From Bacilli bacterium (GTDB lineage Bacteria; Bacillota_I; Bacilli_A; RF39; UBA660): a stretch of 64,000 nt of DNA. Position numbers and translations under genes: made by a program. A model generated the notes under the pieces. That model was not told where the DNA came from, did not search any database, and was given only the letters and a program-made list of their open reading frames with translations. Of the stretch, positions 10,438 through 22,813 are shown in pieces. The stretch is taken from contig JAFXYF010000011.1 in the NCBI GenBank assembly GCA_017541885.1, forward strand, positions 85,007 through 149,006. Reading direction: 5' to 3'. How positions within the stretch are numbered: the first letter of the stretch is position 1; every line of letters begins with the position of its first letter.

Positions 10438-11463
10438 ATGAAAGTAGAAGATTTCGATTATGATTTACCAGAAGAATTAATAGCTCAAACTCCTTTAAAA
10501 CAAAGAGATGCATCAAGACTATTAGTACTTGATAAAGAAACAGGAGAAGTAGAACATAAACATTTCTATGATATTATTGATTATTTAGAAGAAGGAGATA
10601 CTTTAGTATTAAATGATTCTAAAGTATTACCTGCAAGATTAATTGGAGTAAAAGAAGAGACTAATGCTGTAATAGAAATTCTTTTATTAAAGAACCTAGA
10701 AAAAGATAATTGGGAATGTTTAGTAAAACCAGCAAGACGTATTAAAGTAGGAACTATAGTAAGTTTTGGAGAAGGTAAATTAAAAGCAAAATGTATTAAA
10801 GAATTAGATGAAGGATTAAGACATTTTGAACTTATTTATAATGGTATATTAATGGAAATATTAGATGAATTAGGTACTATGCCTTTACCTCCATATATTC
10901 ACGAAAAACTAGAAGACCAATCACGTTATCAAACAGTATATGCAAAAGAAGTAGGTAGTGCTGCAGCACCAACTGCAGGACTTCATTTTACTAAAGAACT
11001 ATTAAAGAAAATTGAAGACAAAGGTGTTAATATTGCCTATGTAACATTACATGTTGGATTAGGTACATTTAGACCTGTAAGTGTAGAGCGCGTAGAAGAT
11101 CATGAAATGCATAAAGAGTTTTATACTATGACAAAAGAAGTAGCAGATCTTCTAAATAAAACAAAGAAAAACGGTAAAAGAATTATTGCTGTAGGAACAA
11201 CATCAACTAGAACACTAGAAACAATTGCTTCTAAATATAATGAATTTAGAGAGTGTAGTGGCTGGACAGATATCTTTATATATCCAGGGTATAAATGGAA
11301 AGCTATTAACTGTTTAATCACAAACTTCCACCTACCAAAATCAACACTAGTAATGTTAGTATCATCTCTCGCAGGAAGAGAACATATTTTAAACGCTTAT
11401 AAAATAGCTATTGAAAATAAATATAGATTCTTCTCCTTTGGAGATGCAATGTTTATAAAATAA
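10438..11463 (+). CDS. queA: S-adenosylmethionine:tRNA ribosyltransferase-isomerase
   Basis: [36 protein letters not shown] and [10 protein letters not shown]. Confidence 0.98.
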   Translation: MKVEDFDYDLPEELIAQTPLKQRDASRLLVLDKETGEVEHKHFYDIIDYLEEGDTLVLNDSKVLPARLIGVKEETNAVIEILLLKNLEKDNWECLVKPARRIKVGTIVSFGEGKLKAKCIKELDEGLRHFELIYNGILMEILDELGTMPLPPYIHEKLEDQSRYQTVYAKEVGSAAAPTAGLHFTKELLKKIEDKGVNIAYVTLHVGLGTFRPVSVERVEDHEMHKEFYTMTKEVADLLNKTKKNGKRIIAVGTTSTRTLETIASKYNEFRECSGWTDIFIYPGYKWKAINCLITNFHLPKSTLVMLVSSLAGREHILNAYKIAIENKYRFFSFGDAMFIK

Positions 11464-11533
11464 TAAAGAAACATCGAATTGACATAATCGATGTTTTTTG
11501 TTAGTATAAAAAGCTATCAGGGAGTGTGTGGTT

Positions 11534-12490
11534 ATGAAATTAGTACCAGAACAAATTTATTATCTTCGTAAACTAAGAAGAGAAATGAAAAGGAAAATAA
11601 TGGAGTTTAATAATAGTTCAGAATCAAGGAATCGTCTTACATTTGAAGACTTTTACAAAGACTCTCAAAATAGAAAAGATGTTGAAGCTATAAATGAAAT
11701 GTTAACAGAAGCTGAATTTGTAAAGACTAGAAATTTTGAAATGGTAGATATTGGTACAATTTTTTTAATAGATTATGGAGATGGATATAAATATCCAACT
11801 ATGTTAGTAGATAAAGATACTATGTATGATCCAAATCATAATTATATACCTACTGATAGTGAAATAGGTTCTGTTTTATTAGGTGCCAAAGAAGGAGATA
11901 TAATAACATTTATACTTTCTGAAATAGGAAGAAAAATGACAGCTAAAATAACAGATATTGATAGAATACAAGATCATTACATGCACTTTATAAAAGAAAA
12001 AACATATAAAAATAGAGTATGTGCTCCTGTTAAAAGACAAATGGCAAAAATAAAAACAGAAGAAGGAGACGAAGCATATAAAAAAGCTTTAGCAATCACT
12101 GAAAGTCAAGTAGAACTATTATATGATGAATTAAAAAAATTAGATTTTAGAAATCCAGAAGATAAATCAAGAATTAATGAAATAAAAAGAATTATAAAAG
12201 AATATCCAATTGCTTCTCCACCAACAAACGGAATAGTAGAAGCAGGAAGTAAAATTGTTATTACTTTTGTAACTGAAAATAGTCAGTTTATCACAAAAGA
12301 ATACGAATTTATTAATAGAGCAGTATCTACTGAACTTGATAGTGAATATATTGAAAGAATATCTGATTTTGGAAATGAAATATATGGATTAAGTCCAGGA
12401 GATCCATTCCGTTTACCAAATAATAATTGGTATATAGGTGGAGTAATAGAAAGCATAGATGAAATAGAAGATAAGAAAAGAGTTAGATAA
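11534..12490 (+). CDS. Protein with two tandem GreA/GreB-like modules
   Basis: Two repeats of a coiled coil plus V..G..., I...S..G..L.G...GD (Gre C-terminal domain pattern). Confidence 0.55.
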   Translation: MKLVPEQIYYLRKLRREMKRKIMEFNNSSESRNRLTFEDFYKDSQNRKDVEAINEMLTEAEFVKTRNFEMVDIGTIFLIDYGDGYKYPTMLVDKDTMYDPNHNYIPTDSEIGSVLLGAKEGDIITFILSEIGRKMTAKITDIDRIQDHYMHFIKEKTYKNRVCAPVKRQMAKIKTEEGDEAYKKALAITESQVELLYDELKKLDFRNPEDKSRINEIKRIIKEYPIASPPTNGIVEAGSKIVITFVTENSQFITKEYEFINRAVSTELDSEYIERISDFGNEIYGLSPGDPFRLPNNNWYIGGVIESIDEIEDKKRVR

Positions 12491-12542
12491 CTCTTTTTTC
12501 TTGTTTAGAATAAAAAAATCCTGTATAATAAGGTGGAATTGA

Positions 12543-13670
<1,128 letters not shown>

Positions 13671-13681
13671 TACTTGCTTTT

Positions 13682-13915
13682 TTATATGTAAAAAATAGGA
13701 CTATTATGATTTTCTTGAGTAGTATTATCATCTTTTTCATTCATAATTGAAGTAATATTTTTAAGTACATGAAAATTATCAATCATAGGTCTCACTTGAT
13801 TATAAATAGGTATAGCTTGATTAACTAAATTTAAAGTTTTAGAAGCTCCATCTAAAAATCCAGCATAATCAAAGCCTTTAATTAAAGATAATAAATTGTT
13901 TCCATTAGGAATCAT
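13682..13915 (-). CDS. Small VrrA/YqfQ-like protein
   Basis: L..A.KTL....QAIP...QV.PM..N and a C-terminal P.FYI, as in YqfQ. RBS GAGGTG. Confidence 0.55.
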   Translation of the reverse strand: MIPNGNNLLSLIKGFDYAGFLDGASKTLNLVNQAIPIYNQVRPMIDNFHVLKNITSIMNEKDDNTTQENHNSPIFYI

Positions 13916-14032
13916 AAGAACACCTCAAAATATTATATGAAGAAAATAAAGAAAAGTTTAAAATAGTATTTAAAATTAAAATTAACTATGTTAAAATAAA
14001 ATAGTATAAGAATAGAGAGAGGAGGAGTATCA

Positions 14033-15727
14033 ATGGCACTATTTGGTTCATTGTTTGGTGGTAATAATACTAATCCAAATACAATGAGTTTAAAAGAAGA
14101 CAAGAAGAAAAAGAAAAAAGGAAAAGATAATGAAGAACTAGCCTATGATAATCCTGCTTTTCAAATATATGACCCAGGAAGTAGCTTTAATGCCCAATCT
14201 GGTTTTATTAATCAAGAACAACAAACTGCACCTCCAGCTACAGCTCCTATTGTAGAACAACCAGCAACTCCTCAAGCAACAATTGATCCAGCCGCAATAG
14301 CCGCAGTAGTATCAGCTCAACCAACAGTTCCACCTACAACAGTAGAACAATTAGAATTAGATCAACAAGTTAATGTAATAGGTGCAGAACAAGTTGCAAG
14401 TCAAGATATTAATAGAGGTCAAGAAGTAACAAATTATAATAATACCGTTCCAGGTTCTGAAGGATCAACAATTGCTCCTACTACAGATCCAGAAGATAAA
14501 AATAAAAGAGTCGCAAGACCAGTAAGAAGATATCGTTATACAATTATCAATGGTGTAGGTAAGAAAGAACAAGGAACATTTGAAGCCGAAACAGAAGCAG
14601 AAGTAAGAAATTTCTTACAAATGCAAGACTATCAAGTCTTAGAAGTAAAAGAAAGATCTAAATCAGATATTGATATTGGAGGAAATGGAAAAATTAGTGC
14701 AAGTGACTTATCCTTCTCTCTAACCCAATTATCTACTTATTTACGTGCTGGTATCCCATTATCAGATTCTGTAAGAATTCTTGCTAAACAATCAAGAAAA
14801 GCAAACTTAAAACACCATTATAATCAATTAGTATATCAATTACTAAAAGGAGAAAACTTATCTGACGCTATGGAAATGCAAGGAAAAGTATTCCCTAAAT
14901 TATTAATAAATATGGTAAAGACTGCTGAAATGACAGGAGACTTACCATCTATTCTAGATGATATGGCAGAGTACTATACTTCAATGGAACAAACAAGAAA
15001 ACAAATGAAATCTGCTATGACTTATCCAGCAGTAGTATTGACTATTGCAATTGGAGTTTTAATCTTCATGTTAACATACTTAGTACCTCAGTTTACTTCT
15101 ATGTTTGAAGATCAAGGAGCAGAACTTCCAGCATTAACTAAAGCCATAGTTGGAGTCAGTGGATTCATTATTCAAAAATGGTATTGGTTATTAATAGGAG
15201 TTGCTGCTGTAATAGCTATATTCTATTTACTATTTACTAAAGTACAAGGATTTAGAAAAGCAATACAAATAATACTAATGCATATGCCTGTTACTAAAGA
15301 TGTAATTATTTATAATGAAATGGCAAACTTCTCAAAGACTTTTGCATCATTATTAAATCACAGTGTATTTATTACTGACTCAATGGAGATTCTATCAAAG
15401 ATTACTGAAAACGAAGTATATAAAGGAATTATTAATAAGACTCTAGAAAACCTAGCTAAAGGAGACTCAATATCTTCTGCATTTAGAGGAGAATGGGCAA
15501 TTCCAGTAGTAGCTTATGAAATGATTGTTACAGGTGAATCTACTGGTCAATTAGGTGCTATGATGGAAAAAGTCGCAGCACACTTCCAAATGTTACATAA
15601 AAACGTAATTGATCAAATGAAGAGTTTAATTGAACCAATAATGATTGTCTTCTTAGCTGCAATCGTAGGTGTAATTTTAGTATCTATAATTCAACCAATG
15701 TTCTCTATTTATAGTCAAATTAAATAA
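14033..15727 (+). CDS. Type II secretion/type IV pilus inner-membrane platform protein (GspF/PilC)
   Basis: QLSTYLRAGIPL, GE.LSDAM, AE.TG.L, AMTYP, GESTGQL and LIEP; long low-complexity N-terminal extension. Confidence 0.92.
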   Translation: MALFGSLFGGNNTNPNTMSLKEDKKKKKKGKDNEELAYDNPAFQIYDPGSSFNAQSGFINQEQQTAPPATAPIVEQPATPQATIDPAAIAAVVSAQPTVPPTTVEQLELDQQVNVIGAEQVASQDINRGQEVTNYNNTVPGSEGSTIAPTTDPEDKNKRVARPVRRYRYTIINGVGKKEQGTFEAETEAEVRNFLQMQDYQVLEVKERSKSDIDIGGNGKISASDLSFSLTQLSTYLRAGIPLSDSVRILAKQSRKANLKHHYNQLVYQLLKGENLSDAMEMQGKVFPKLLINMVKTAEMTGDLPSILDDMAEYYTSMEQTRKQMKSAMTYPAVVLTIAIGVLIFMLTYLVPQFTSMFEDQGAELPALTKAIVGVSGFIIQKWYWLLIGVAAVIAIFYLLFTKVQGFRKAIQIILMHMPVTKDVIIYNEMANFSKTFASLLNHSVFITDSMEILSKITENEVYKGIINKTLENLAKGDSISSAFRGEWAIPVVAYEMIVTGESTGQLGAMMEKVAAHFQMLHKNVIDQMKSLIEPIMIVFLAAIVGVILVSIIQPMFSIYSQIK

Positions 15728-15742
15728 GGGAGGTATTGCATT

Positions 15743-16510
15743 ATGAAAATAACATATACAATAATCTTCTTTATTTTAGGAACTTGCATGGGATCATTTT
15801 TCACAGTAGTAGGATTACGTTTACCTAAGAAGAAAGATTTTATTAAAGGAAAAAGTCATTGTGATAATTGTGATCATGAATTATCTCTATTAGATATGGT
15901 TCCAATCTTATCATATTTATTCTTAGGTAGAAGATGTAGATATTGTCATGAAAAAATAGATGGACTATCTACATATATGGAATTCTTCACTGGAATACTT
16001 TATGCTTTAGCATTTTATACATTTGGTCTATCAAGTGAATTATTTATTGCTTTAGGAATAGTATCATTATTATCAACACTATCTGTATCCGATATATCAT
16101 ACTATATAATTCCAGATGAAGTATTAATCTTCTTCTCAGGTTATTTCCTAATAGTAGAAGCAATTTCAGAAGGAGTAATAGTAACACTCCAACATCTATT
16201 ATCAGGAATTATCTTATTTGCCTTTATGTATGGAATTATGCTTTTGGGTAATAAGTTATTTAAAAAGGAAACTTTAGGTGGAGGAGATATAAAGCTAATG
16301 TTTGTAGTAGGATTAGTACTAAATCCATTCTTAGGAATAGTATCAATCTTTATCGCAAGCTTCTTAGCTTTACCAATATCTTTATTAATATTATGGAAAG
16401 ATAAAAAGAATTTAGTTCCATTTGGACCATTTCTATTAATAGGTTTTCTTCTAATATATTTCACAAGATTAGATATGAAAATGATTATAGATTTTATTAA
16501 ATCAATTTAA
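15743..16510 (+). CDS. Prepilin peptidase (PilD/ComC, peptidase A24)
   Basis: GSFF.VV..RLP, SHCD.C, GRRCRYC, D..Y.IIPD, GGGDIKL and PFGPFL. Confidence 0.94.
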   Translation: MKITYTIIFFILGTCMGSFFTVVGLRLPKKKDFIKGKSHCDNCDHELSLLDMVPILSYLFLGRRCRYCHEKIDGLSTYMEFFTGILYALAFYTFGLSSELFIALGIVSLLSTLSVSDISYYIIPDEVLIFFSGYFLIVEAISEGVIVTLQHLLSGIILFAFMYGIMLLGNKLFKKETLGGGDIKLMFVVGLVLNPFLGIVSIFIASFLALPISLLILWKDKKNLVPFGPFLLIGFLLIYFTRLDMKMIIDFIKSI

Positions 16511-16569
16511 AGAAAGATATTCTTTCTTTTTTTTTCAAATTATATTATTATAGGAGTAGGTGAGGAAGT

Positions 16570-17871
16570 ATGAAGAATATTACAATTGTTCCAGCAGATA
16601 CATATACAGTAATCAATAAAAGTATTATCACTGAACAAGATAGAAGAATTGTATCAATTCTATATCAACCAATTATTGGTTATACTGCAACATCTCTATA
16701 TTTCACATTAATAGATTCTCTAAATGAAAAAGACTTAATGAGCGAAGATTTAACTCATCATCATTTAATGTCTAATATGCAATTAAAATTAGAAGATATA
16801 GTAATTGCTAGAGAAAAATTAGAAGCAATAGGGCTCTTAAAAACATATATGAAAAAAGATAATATTAATCAATATGTTTATTGTGTATATTCTCCATTAC
16901 AAGCATCAGACTTCTTCAATCACCCAGTATTAAATATAGTTTTATATAATAATATTGGTAAAAAAGAATATGAAAAAGTATTAAATTCTTTTAAAATACC
17001 AACTATTACATTAAGAGATTATGAAGATATTACATCATCATTTGATGAAGTATTTAAAAGTGTTAAAGGATCAACTTTAGAAATAGAAGAAGATTTAATC
17101 AAAAAGAATTCTAATAAATTAGGAATTAAAAAGAGTATTGATTTTGATTTAATAGAACAAAGTATTCCAAAGACACAAATTAGTGATAAGTGTTTTAATA
17201 CAGAAATAAAAGAATTAATAAATCAATTAAGTTATATCTATGAATTATCAACATTAGATATGCAAGAAATAATAAGAAATTCACTAAATGAAAAAGGTTA
17301 TATGGATAAAACTATTTTAAGAAAAAGTTGTAGAGATTATTATCAATTTGAAAATGGAGGTAATCTTCCATCACTTATTTATAATAAGCAACCAGACTTC
17401 TTAAAGAAACCTGAAGGAGACAACTCTAAATTAGCAAAAATGATCTATACATTTGAAAATATAACTCCATATCAGTTATTAAAAGCAAAATATAAAGGAG
17501 CAGAACCAACTGATAGAGATAAAAGATTAGTAGAAAGCCTACTTATAGATCAAAAACTAAATCCAGGAGTAGTAAATGTCTTAATAAGTTATGTTTTAAA
17601 AACTAATAACGAACAATTAAAGAAAAGCTATGTAGAAACAATTGCTGGTCAATGGAAAAGATCTAATGTTGAAACAGTAGAAGAAGCAATGAAAATAGCT
17701 GAGAAATACCATAAACGTATGAAGAAAGAAATGGTAAAAGAAAAAGATATTAAGAAAAAACCAGTAAAAGAAGAACAATTACCAGTATGGTTTGAAACTG
17801 ATCAAGATATTACAGATACTACAGATGAAGAAGTAGAAGAATTAGATAAGATTTTAAAAGAATTAGTCTAA
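16570..17871 (+). CDS. dnaB: Replication initiation/membrane attachment protein DnaB (Bacillus-type helicase loader)
   Basis: LYQPIIG..A.SLY, KLEAIGLLKTY, VVNVLI.YV and ETIA..W. Confidence 0.85.
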   Translation: MKNITIVPADTYTVINKSIITEQDRRIVSILYQPIIGYTATSLYFTLIDSLNEKDLMSEDLTHHHLMSNMQLKLEDIVIAREKLEAIGLLKTYMKKDNINQYVYCVYSPLQASDFFNHPVLNIVLYNNIGKKEYEKVLNSFKIPTITLRDYEDITSSFDEVFKSVKGSTLEIEEDLIKKNSNKLGIKKSIDFDLIEQSIPKTQISDKCFNTEIKELINQLSYIYELSTLDMQEIIRNSLNEKGYMDKTILRKSCRDYYQFENGGNLPSLIYNKQPDFLKKPEGDNSKLAKMIYTFENITPYQLLKAKYKGAEPTDRDKRLVESLLIDQKLNPGVVNVLISYVLKTNNEQLKKSYVETIAGQWKRSNVETVEEAMKIAEKYHKRMKKEMVKEKDIKKKPVKEEQLPVWFETDQDITDTTDEEVEELDKILKELV

Positions 17872-17993
17872 TTCTTTTTTTGTAAATAAAAGTAAATATA
17901 TTTGTAAAAAAATGTAAAAAAAAGGCTTAATTTCTCATATATTAATAATGTAAGAGTTTTTTATGTTATCCTATTAGAGGAAGGAAAAAGCCT

Positions 17994-18488
17994 ATGACAA
18001 AGTATAATGACAACGAATTTTATAATATAATTAATGAATATGCTAATCATCCTAAAGTACAAGAATTAAAAAATTGTACACATCATGGAATAGATAGATT
18101 TGATCATTCTAAAAGAGTAGCATATTTTACATATATCATTACTAAGAAATTACATTTAAATGTTTATTCTGCTACTAAAGCAGCAATGTTACATGATTTC
18201 TTTACAGATGAGTTAAAAGATAGAAAAATGGTAAGAAGTCTTAGACTTCATCCAAACGTTGCAGTAGAAAACTCTAAAAAGTATTTTACTTTAACTCCAA
18301 TGGAAGAAGATATTATTAAGACTCATATGTTCCCAGTAACATTTACTCCACCTAAATATTTAGAAAGTTGGATAGTAGATATAGTAGATGATGTAGTATC
18401 AGTTTATGAAAGAGCATATTCTATTACCAGAAATGAACACAGTGTTGCTAACATCTTAGCACTTATATTTTTAGGATTATTAAGATAG
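17994..18488 (+). CDS. HD-domain phosphohydrolase
   Basis: HH...R..HS, LHDFF, HP..A..N, I..HMFP and E.W.V..VD. Confidence 0.85.
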   Translation: MTKYNDNEFYNIINEYANHPKVQELKNCTHHGIDRFDHSKRVAYFTYIITKKLHLNVYSATKAAMLHDFFTDELKDRKMVRSLRLHPNVAVENSKKYFTLTPMEEDIIKTHMFPVTFTPPKYLESWIVDIVDDVVSVYERAYSITRNEHSVANILALIFLGLLR

Positions 18489-18542
18489 AGCGTAAGCTCT
18501 TTTTTATTTCAAAATATTATGTTATAATGTACTAGAAAGAAG

Positions 18543-20168
18543 ATGGATATTATGAAAAAAACATATATATTTGGTCATAAAAAACCAGATACAGATTCCG
18601 TTACATCAGCCATAGCTCTTTCTTACTTAAAGAATCAATTAGGGGATAATACAGAGGCTAGAGTCTTAGGTAATTTAAATAAAGAAACAACATTCGCATT
18701 GAATTATTTTAATGTCAAAGAACCTAAGTACTTAAATGATGTAAAACTACAATTAAAAGATATTAATTATCATAAAGGATTTATGATTGAAGATACTAAG
18801 AGTATTTATGATGGATATCAAGAAATGCTACAAGCAGAGTTAACTGGAATTCCAGTATGCAAGAAAAATGGAGATTTTTCAGGCTTAGTAACATTAAAAG
18901 ATTTATCATATAACTTAGTAAATGAAAATGTCGAAGACTTATATACTTCATATGATAATATTTTAAGAGTATTAAAAGGTGAAGAAATAGTAAGAGTAAG
19001 TGAAGATATCATTGGTAAATTAGTTGTCGCAGCATATCGTTCTACTACATTTATTAGTAATGTTAAATTAGAAAAGAATAATATATTAATCGTCGGAGAT
19101 AGACATAGTGTTATTGAGTATGCAGTAAATGCTGGAGTTAAATTAATAATTCTATCAGGAGATTCTTATATTAAAGATGAACATATAGAGATTGCTAAGA
19201 AAAATGGAGTAAATATAATTCGTACTCCATATGATACTTATCGAGTATCAAGACTAGTAGCTTTATCTAATTACATTAAAACAATGATCAAATTAAAAGA
19301 ACCAATTACATTTAATGAAAAAGATTATGTTCAAGATATTATCGATATTAATAATAAACAAAAACATACAAATTATCCTGTAGTAGATAAAAATAATAGA
19401 TGTTTAGGTTTATTAAAAATAACAGATTTATCAGAAAAGAATCCTAAGAAAGTAATACTTGTAGATCATAATGAAAAATTACAAAGTGTAGATGGTTTAG
19501 AAGAAGCAGAAATTCAAGAAATCTTCGATCACCATGCTTTAGGTAGTATCACAACAAATAATCCAATTAATTATCGTAATATGGTAGTAGGATCAACATC
19601 TACAATAGTTTATACATTATATAAAGAAACTAAAACAGAAATTCCAAAAGATATGGCTGGAATGATGTTATCAGGAATTCTTTCAGACACATTAATCTTA
19701 AAGAGTCCTACTGCTACTGAAAGAGATAGAAAAGCAATAGAAGAATTATCAAGTATTTTAGGAATAGATTACATGTCTTATGGTATGGAATTATTAAAAT
19801 CAGGTACATCTCTAGAAGGATTATCTAAAGAAGACGTATTATATAATGATTATAAATTATTCACAGTTAATGATAAGACAATTGGTATCGGACAATTCTT
19901 TACTATGAACTTTGAAGAAATAGAAAAAGAATTAGATGAATATATTAATATCTTAGATAATACTGCAGAAGGTAATAATTATACTTTAGTCGCATTATAT
20001 GTAACAGATATTATTAAAAATGGTAGTTATGTCATATATAATAGAAAAGCCCAAAATATTATGGACTTAGCATATGATGAAGAAATACATGAAGGAGAGT
20101 TCATTGAAGGATGTGTATCAAGAAAGAAACACGTCGTTCCAATCATTATGCAAATAGTTGAGAATTAG
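18543..20168 (+). CDS. ppaC: Mn-dependent inorganic pyrophosphatase with CBS and DRTGG domains
   Basis: GHKKPDTDS, LVDHNE, DHH, ILSDTL and SRKK, with an internal CBS/DRTGG insert. Confidence 0.95.
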   Translation: MDIMKKTYIFGHKKPDTDSVTSAIALSYLKNQLGDNTEARVLGNLNKETTFALNYFNVKEPKYLNDVKLQLKDINYHKGFMIEDTKSIYDGYQEMLQAELTGIPVCKKNGDFSGLVTLKDLSYNLVNENVEDLYTSYDNILRVLKGEEIVRVSEDIIGKLVVAAYRSTTFISNVKLEKNNILIVGDRHSVIEYAVNAGVKLIILSGDSYIKDEHIEIAKKNGVNIIRTPYDTYRVSRLVALSNYIKTMIKLKEPITFNEKDYVQDIIDINNKQKHTNYPVVDKNNRCLGLLKITDLSEKNPKKVILVDHNEKLQSVDGLEEAEIQEIFDHHALGSITTNNPINYRNMVVGSTSTIVYTLYKETKTEIPKDMAGMMLSGILSDTLILKSPTATERDRKAIEELSSILGIDYMSYGMELLKSGTSLEGLSKEDVLYNDYKLFTVNDKTIGIGQFFTMNFEEIEKELDEYINILDNTAEGNNYTLVALYVTDIIKNGSYVIYNRKAQNIMDLAYDEEIHEGEFIEGCVSRKKHVVPIIMQIVEN

Positions 20169-20176
20169 GAGATAAA

Positions 20177-20689
20177 ATGGTAGAAAAAATAGTAGAAGGA
20201 CTTCTAGGACTATTAAGTGGTCTAGGAGGACTAGCATTTGGAAAACAACTTATGGTATTTATTATTTCTCTAATGCCAATCTTAGAGCTTAGAGGAGGAT
20301 TAATAGCTGCTGCTTTATTAAAACTAAATCCAGTAGAAAGTTATATAATTTCTATTATTGGAAATATTCTTCCAGTACCATTTATTTTATGGTTTATAAA
20401 TAAAATATTAGAATGGATGAGAACTAGAAAACATTTATCTAAGATTGCTAAATGGTTAGATAAAAAAGTAGAGAAGAATAGAAAAAAGATAGAGAAATAT
20501 GGATTCTGGGGATTAGTATTATTTGTAGGTACACCTCTTCCAGGAACAGGAGCATGGACAGGATGCTTAGTCGCAGCAGTATTAGAAATGGATAGAAAAA
20601 AAGCATTTCTAGCCGCAATGATAGGTATATTCATCGCAAGTATTATAATGATGATACTATCATTTGGAGTACTATCAAATGTAATTTAA
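20177..20689 (+). CDS. Putative small multi-drug export membrane protein (COG2426)
   Basis: P.LELRGG and FVG.PLPGTGAWTG. Confidence 0.85.
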   Translation: MVEKIVEGLLGLLSGLGGLAFGKQLMVFIISLMPILELRGGLIAAALLKLNPVESYIISIIGNILPVPFILWFINKILEWMRTRKHLSKIAKWLDKKVEKNRKKIEKYGFWGLVLFVGTPLPGTGAWTGCLVAAVLEMDRKKAFLAAMIGIFIASIIMMILSFGVLSNVI

Positions 20690-20762
20690 AATAGGATATT
20701 TTCCTATTTTTTCTTTTACAAAAATTAAATAATTATATATAATTAATAATAGAGGTGAGAGT

Positions 20763-21266
20763 ATGAAAAATAGATATGGTTTCACTCTAATTGAATTATT
20801 AGTAGTTATTGTAGTTATCGGTGTAATTGCCGGTATGAGTTGGCCTATTCTTACAAAGGTTCAAGAAAACAATGAACTATCAAATTATAAAAAATATGGA
20901 GAGTCCCTTGTAGCAGGTGCAAAACTTTATGTAGATGCTTATGAAGAAGATGTTTTCTATTATGAAGATGACTTAACTCCAGCACAACAAGAAGCAGGAC
21001 AATGTGCCTATATAAGTTATGCAGATCTAGCAGAGCATCAATTAATAAAAGATTATTCAAAAAATGGTATTACATGTAATACTGAAAGCACATTTATAAA
21101 AGTAATTAGAAAAAGAGATAGATATTCATATGAATACTACTTAGGCTGTGGATACGTACATGATGATAATTCTATGCTTACAAATGCCTCAGGAGAAATA
21201 TTTTATACCCTTCCACAAGAACAACATTTAAATGAAAAAGACTATAATGCATGCAAACTAAAATAG
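20763..21266 (+). CDS. Type IV pilin-like protein
   Basis: Class III signal G/FTLIELLVVIVVIG; four Cys in the C-terminal domain. Confidence 0.9.
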   Translation: MKNRYGFTLIELLVVIVVIGVIAGMSWPILTKVQENNELSNYKKYGESLVAGAKLYVDAYEEDVFYYEDDLTPAQQEAGQCAYISYADLAEHQLIKDYSKNGITCNTESTFIKVIRKRDRYSYEYYLGCGYVHDDNSMLTNASGEIFYTLPQEQHLNEKDYNACKLK

Positions 21267-21330
21267 AGTAGATTTATCTATTCTTTTTTTTTAATAAGTA
21301 ATATGTTAAAATAAAAATAGGAGGAATAAT

Positions 21331-22704
21331 ATGGAATATAAAAAAGATATTAATACAAATATATTTAGAGGATATGATATTAGAGGAATATATCCTACAG
21401 AAATAGATGAAGATACTGCATACACAATAGGATTAGGTTTTGGTACCCATATCAAAAGAATGGGTAAAACAAAATGTGTTATTGGTCATGATAATAGATT
21501 AAGTAGAGAAGTTTTAACAAATGCTTTAATTAAAGGTATTACTGAAACAGGGATAGATGTAATATACCTAGATTTATGTACTACACCAATGTATTATTAT
21601 GCTTGTATAAAATTACAAGTATATAGTGGAGTAATGGTAACAGCATCTCATAATCCAAAAGATGATAATGGATTTAAATTTGCTTTTGATGAATCAGGTA
21701 ATTGTAAAGGTCAAGAAATTCAAGACTTTTTAGCAGAAATCCAAGAAGGAAATTTTGAACAAGGAAATGGTACAGTAGAAAACTATGATATTACTGAAGA
21801 TTATATTAATCTATTTAAAGAAAATCTTCATTTTGGTCCAAGAAGAGTAAAAGCTGTTATTGACCCTGGAAATGGTACTACAGGTATTATTGCTAGAAAG
21901 ATATATGAACTATTCCCAATAGATTTAACATTCATAAATGAAGAGTCTGATGGTAACTTCCCAAATCACCATCCAGATCCATGCGTAGAAAAGAATTTAG
22001 ATCAATTGAAAGCAAAAGTATTAGAAATTAATGCAGATGTTGGTCTATCATTCGATGGTGATGGAGACCGTATGGGAATGGTATCAGAAAATGCTAAGTT
22101 TATCCCAACAGATAAATATATGATTATTATCGTAAGAGATATAATTAATAAAGTTGAAAAGAAAACATTCCTATGTGATGTTAAATGTTCTAAGAGCTTT
22201 ACTGATGAAGTAGAAAAGTTAGGTGGAACACCATTTACTTATCGTACAGGTAACTCTTATACAAAAGCTAAAGTAAGAGAAGATAATTTACCATTTGGAG
22301 GAGAATTATCAGGACATGTATATTTTAGAGATCGTTGGCCTGGATTTGATAGTGGATTATATGCTGGTTTAAGACTATTAGAAATAATGTCTAATACTGA
22401 TAAGAATGTTGAAGATCTTCTAGATGGAATTAATGAATATTATTCTACAGAAGAATTAAAGTTTGCATCTCCTGATAATATAAAATTTGAAGTAATAGAT
22501 GAAATAGGAGAATATGTAAGAACAAAAGGATTAAAATTCATAGATATTGATGGAATTAAAGTATTATATGATGATGGTTGGGCACTAGTTCGTGCAAGTA
22601 ATACAGGTCCTAATATAACAGCTAGATTTGAAGCAAGCACAAAAGAAAGATTAGAAGAGATTCAGAAAGAATATACTGATCTAATAGAAAAATTAAATCA
22701 ATAA
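21331..22704 (+). CDS. Phosphomannomutase/phosphoglucomutase
   Basis: FRGYDIRG, TASHNP, DGDGDR, GELSGH and RASNT.P. Confidence 0.95.
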   Translation: MEYKKDINTNIFRGYDIRGIYPTEIDEDTAYTIGLGFGTHIKRMGKTKCVIGHDNRLSREVLTNALIKGITETGIDVIYLDLCTTPMYYYACIKLQVYSGVMVTASHNPKDDNGFKFAFDESGNCKGQEIQDFLAEIQEGNFEQGNGTVENYDITEDYINLFKENLHFGPRRVKAVIDPGNGTTGIIARKIYELFPIDLTFINEESDGNFPNHHPDPCVEKNLDQLKAKVLEINADVGLSFDGDGDRMGMVSENAKFIPTDKYMIIIVRDIINKVEKKTFLCDVKCSKSFTDEVEKLGGTPFTYRTGNSYTKAKVREDNLPFGGELSGHVYFRDRWPGFDSGLYAGLRLLEIMSNTDKNVEDLLDGINEYYSTEELKFASPDNIKFEVIDEIGEYVRTKGLKFIDIDGIKVLYDDGWALVRASNTGPNITARFEASTKERLEEIQKEYTDLIEKLNQ

Positions 22705-22813
22705 AAAGAGTTTACAAAACTCTTTTTTATTTTAGTGTAAAGTTATGTTAAAGGAAGAGTCAAAAAAAGTAAAGTATGATATGATTAAATAAGATTAGAC
22801 TGGAGGACTTTTT

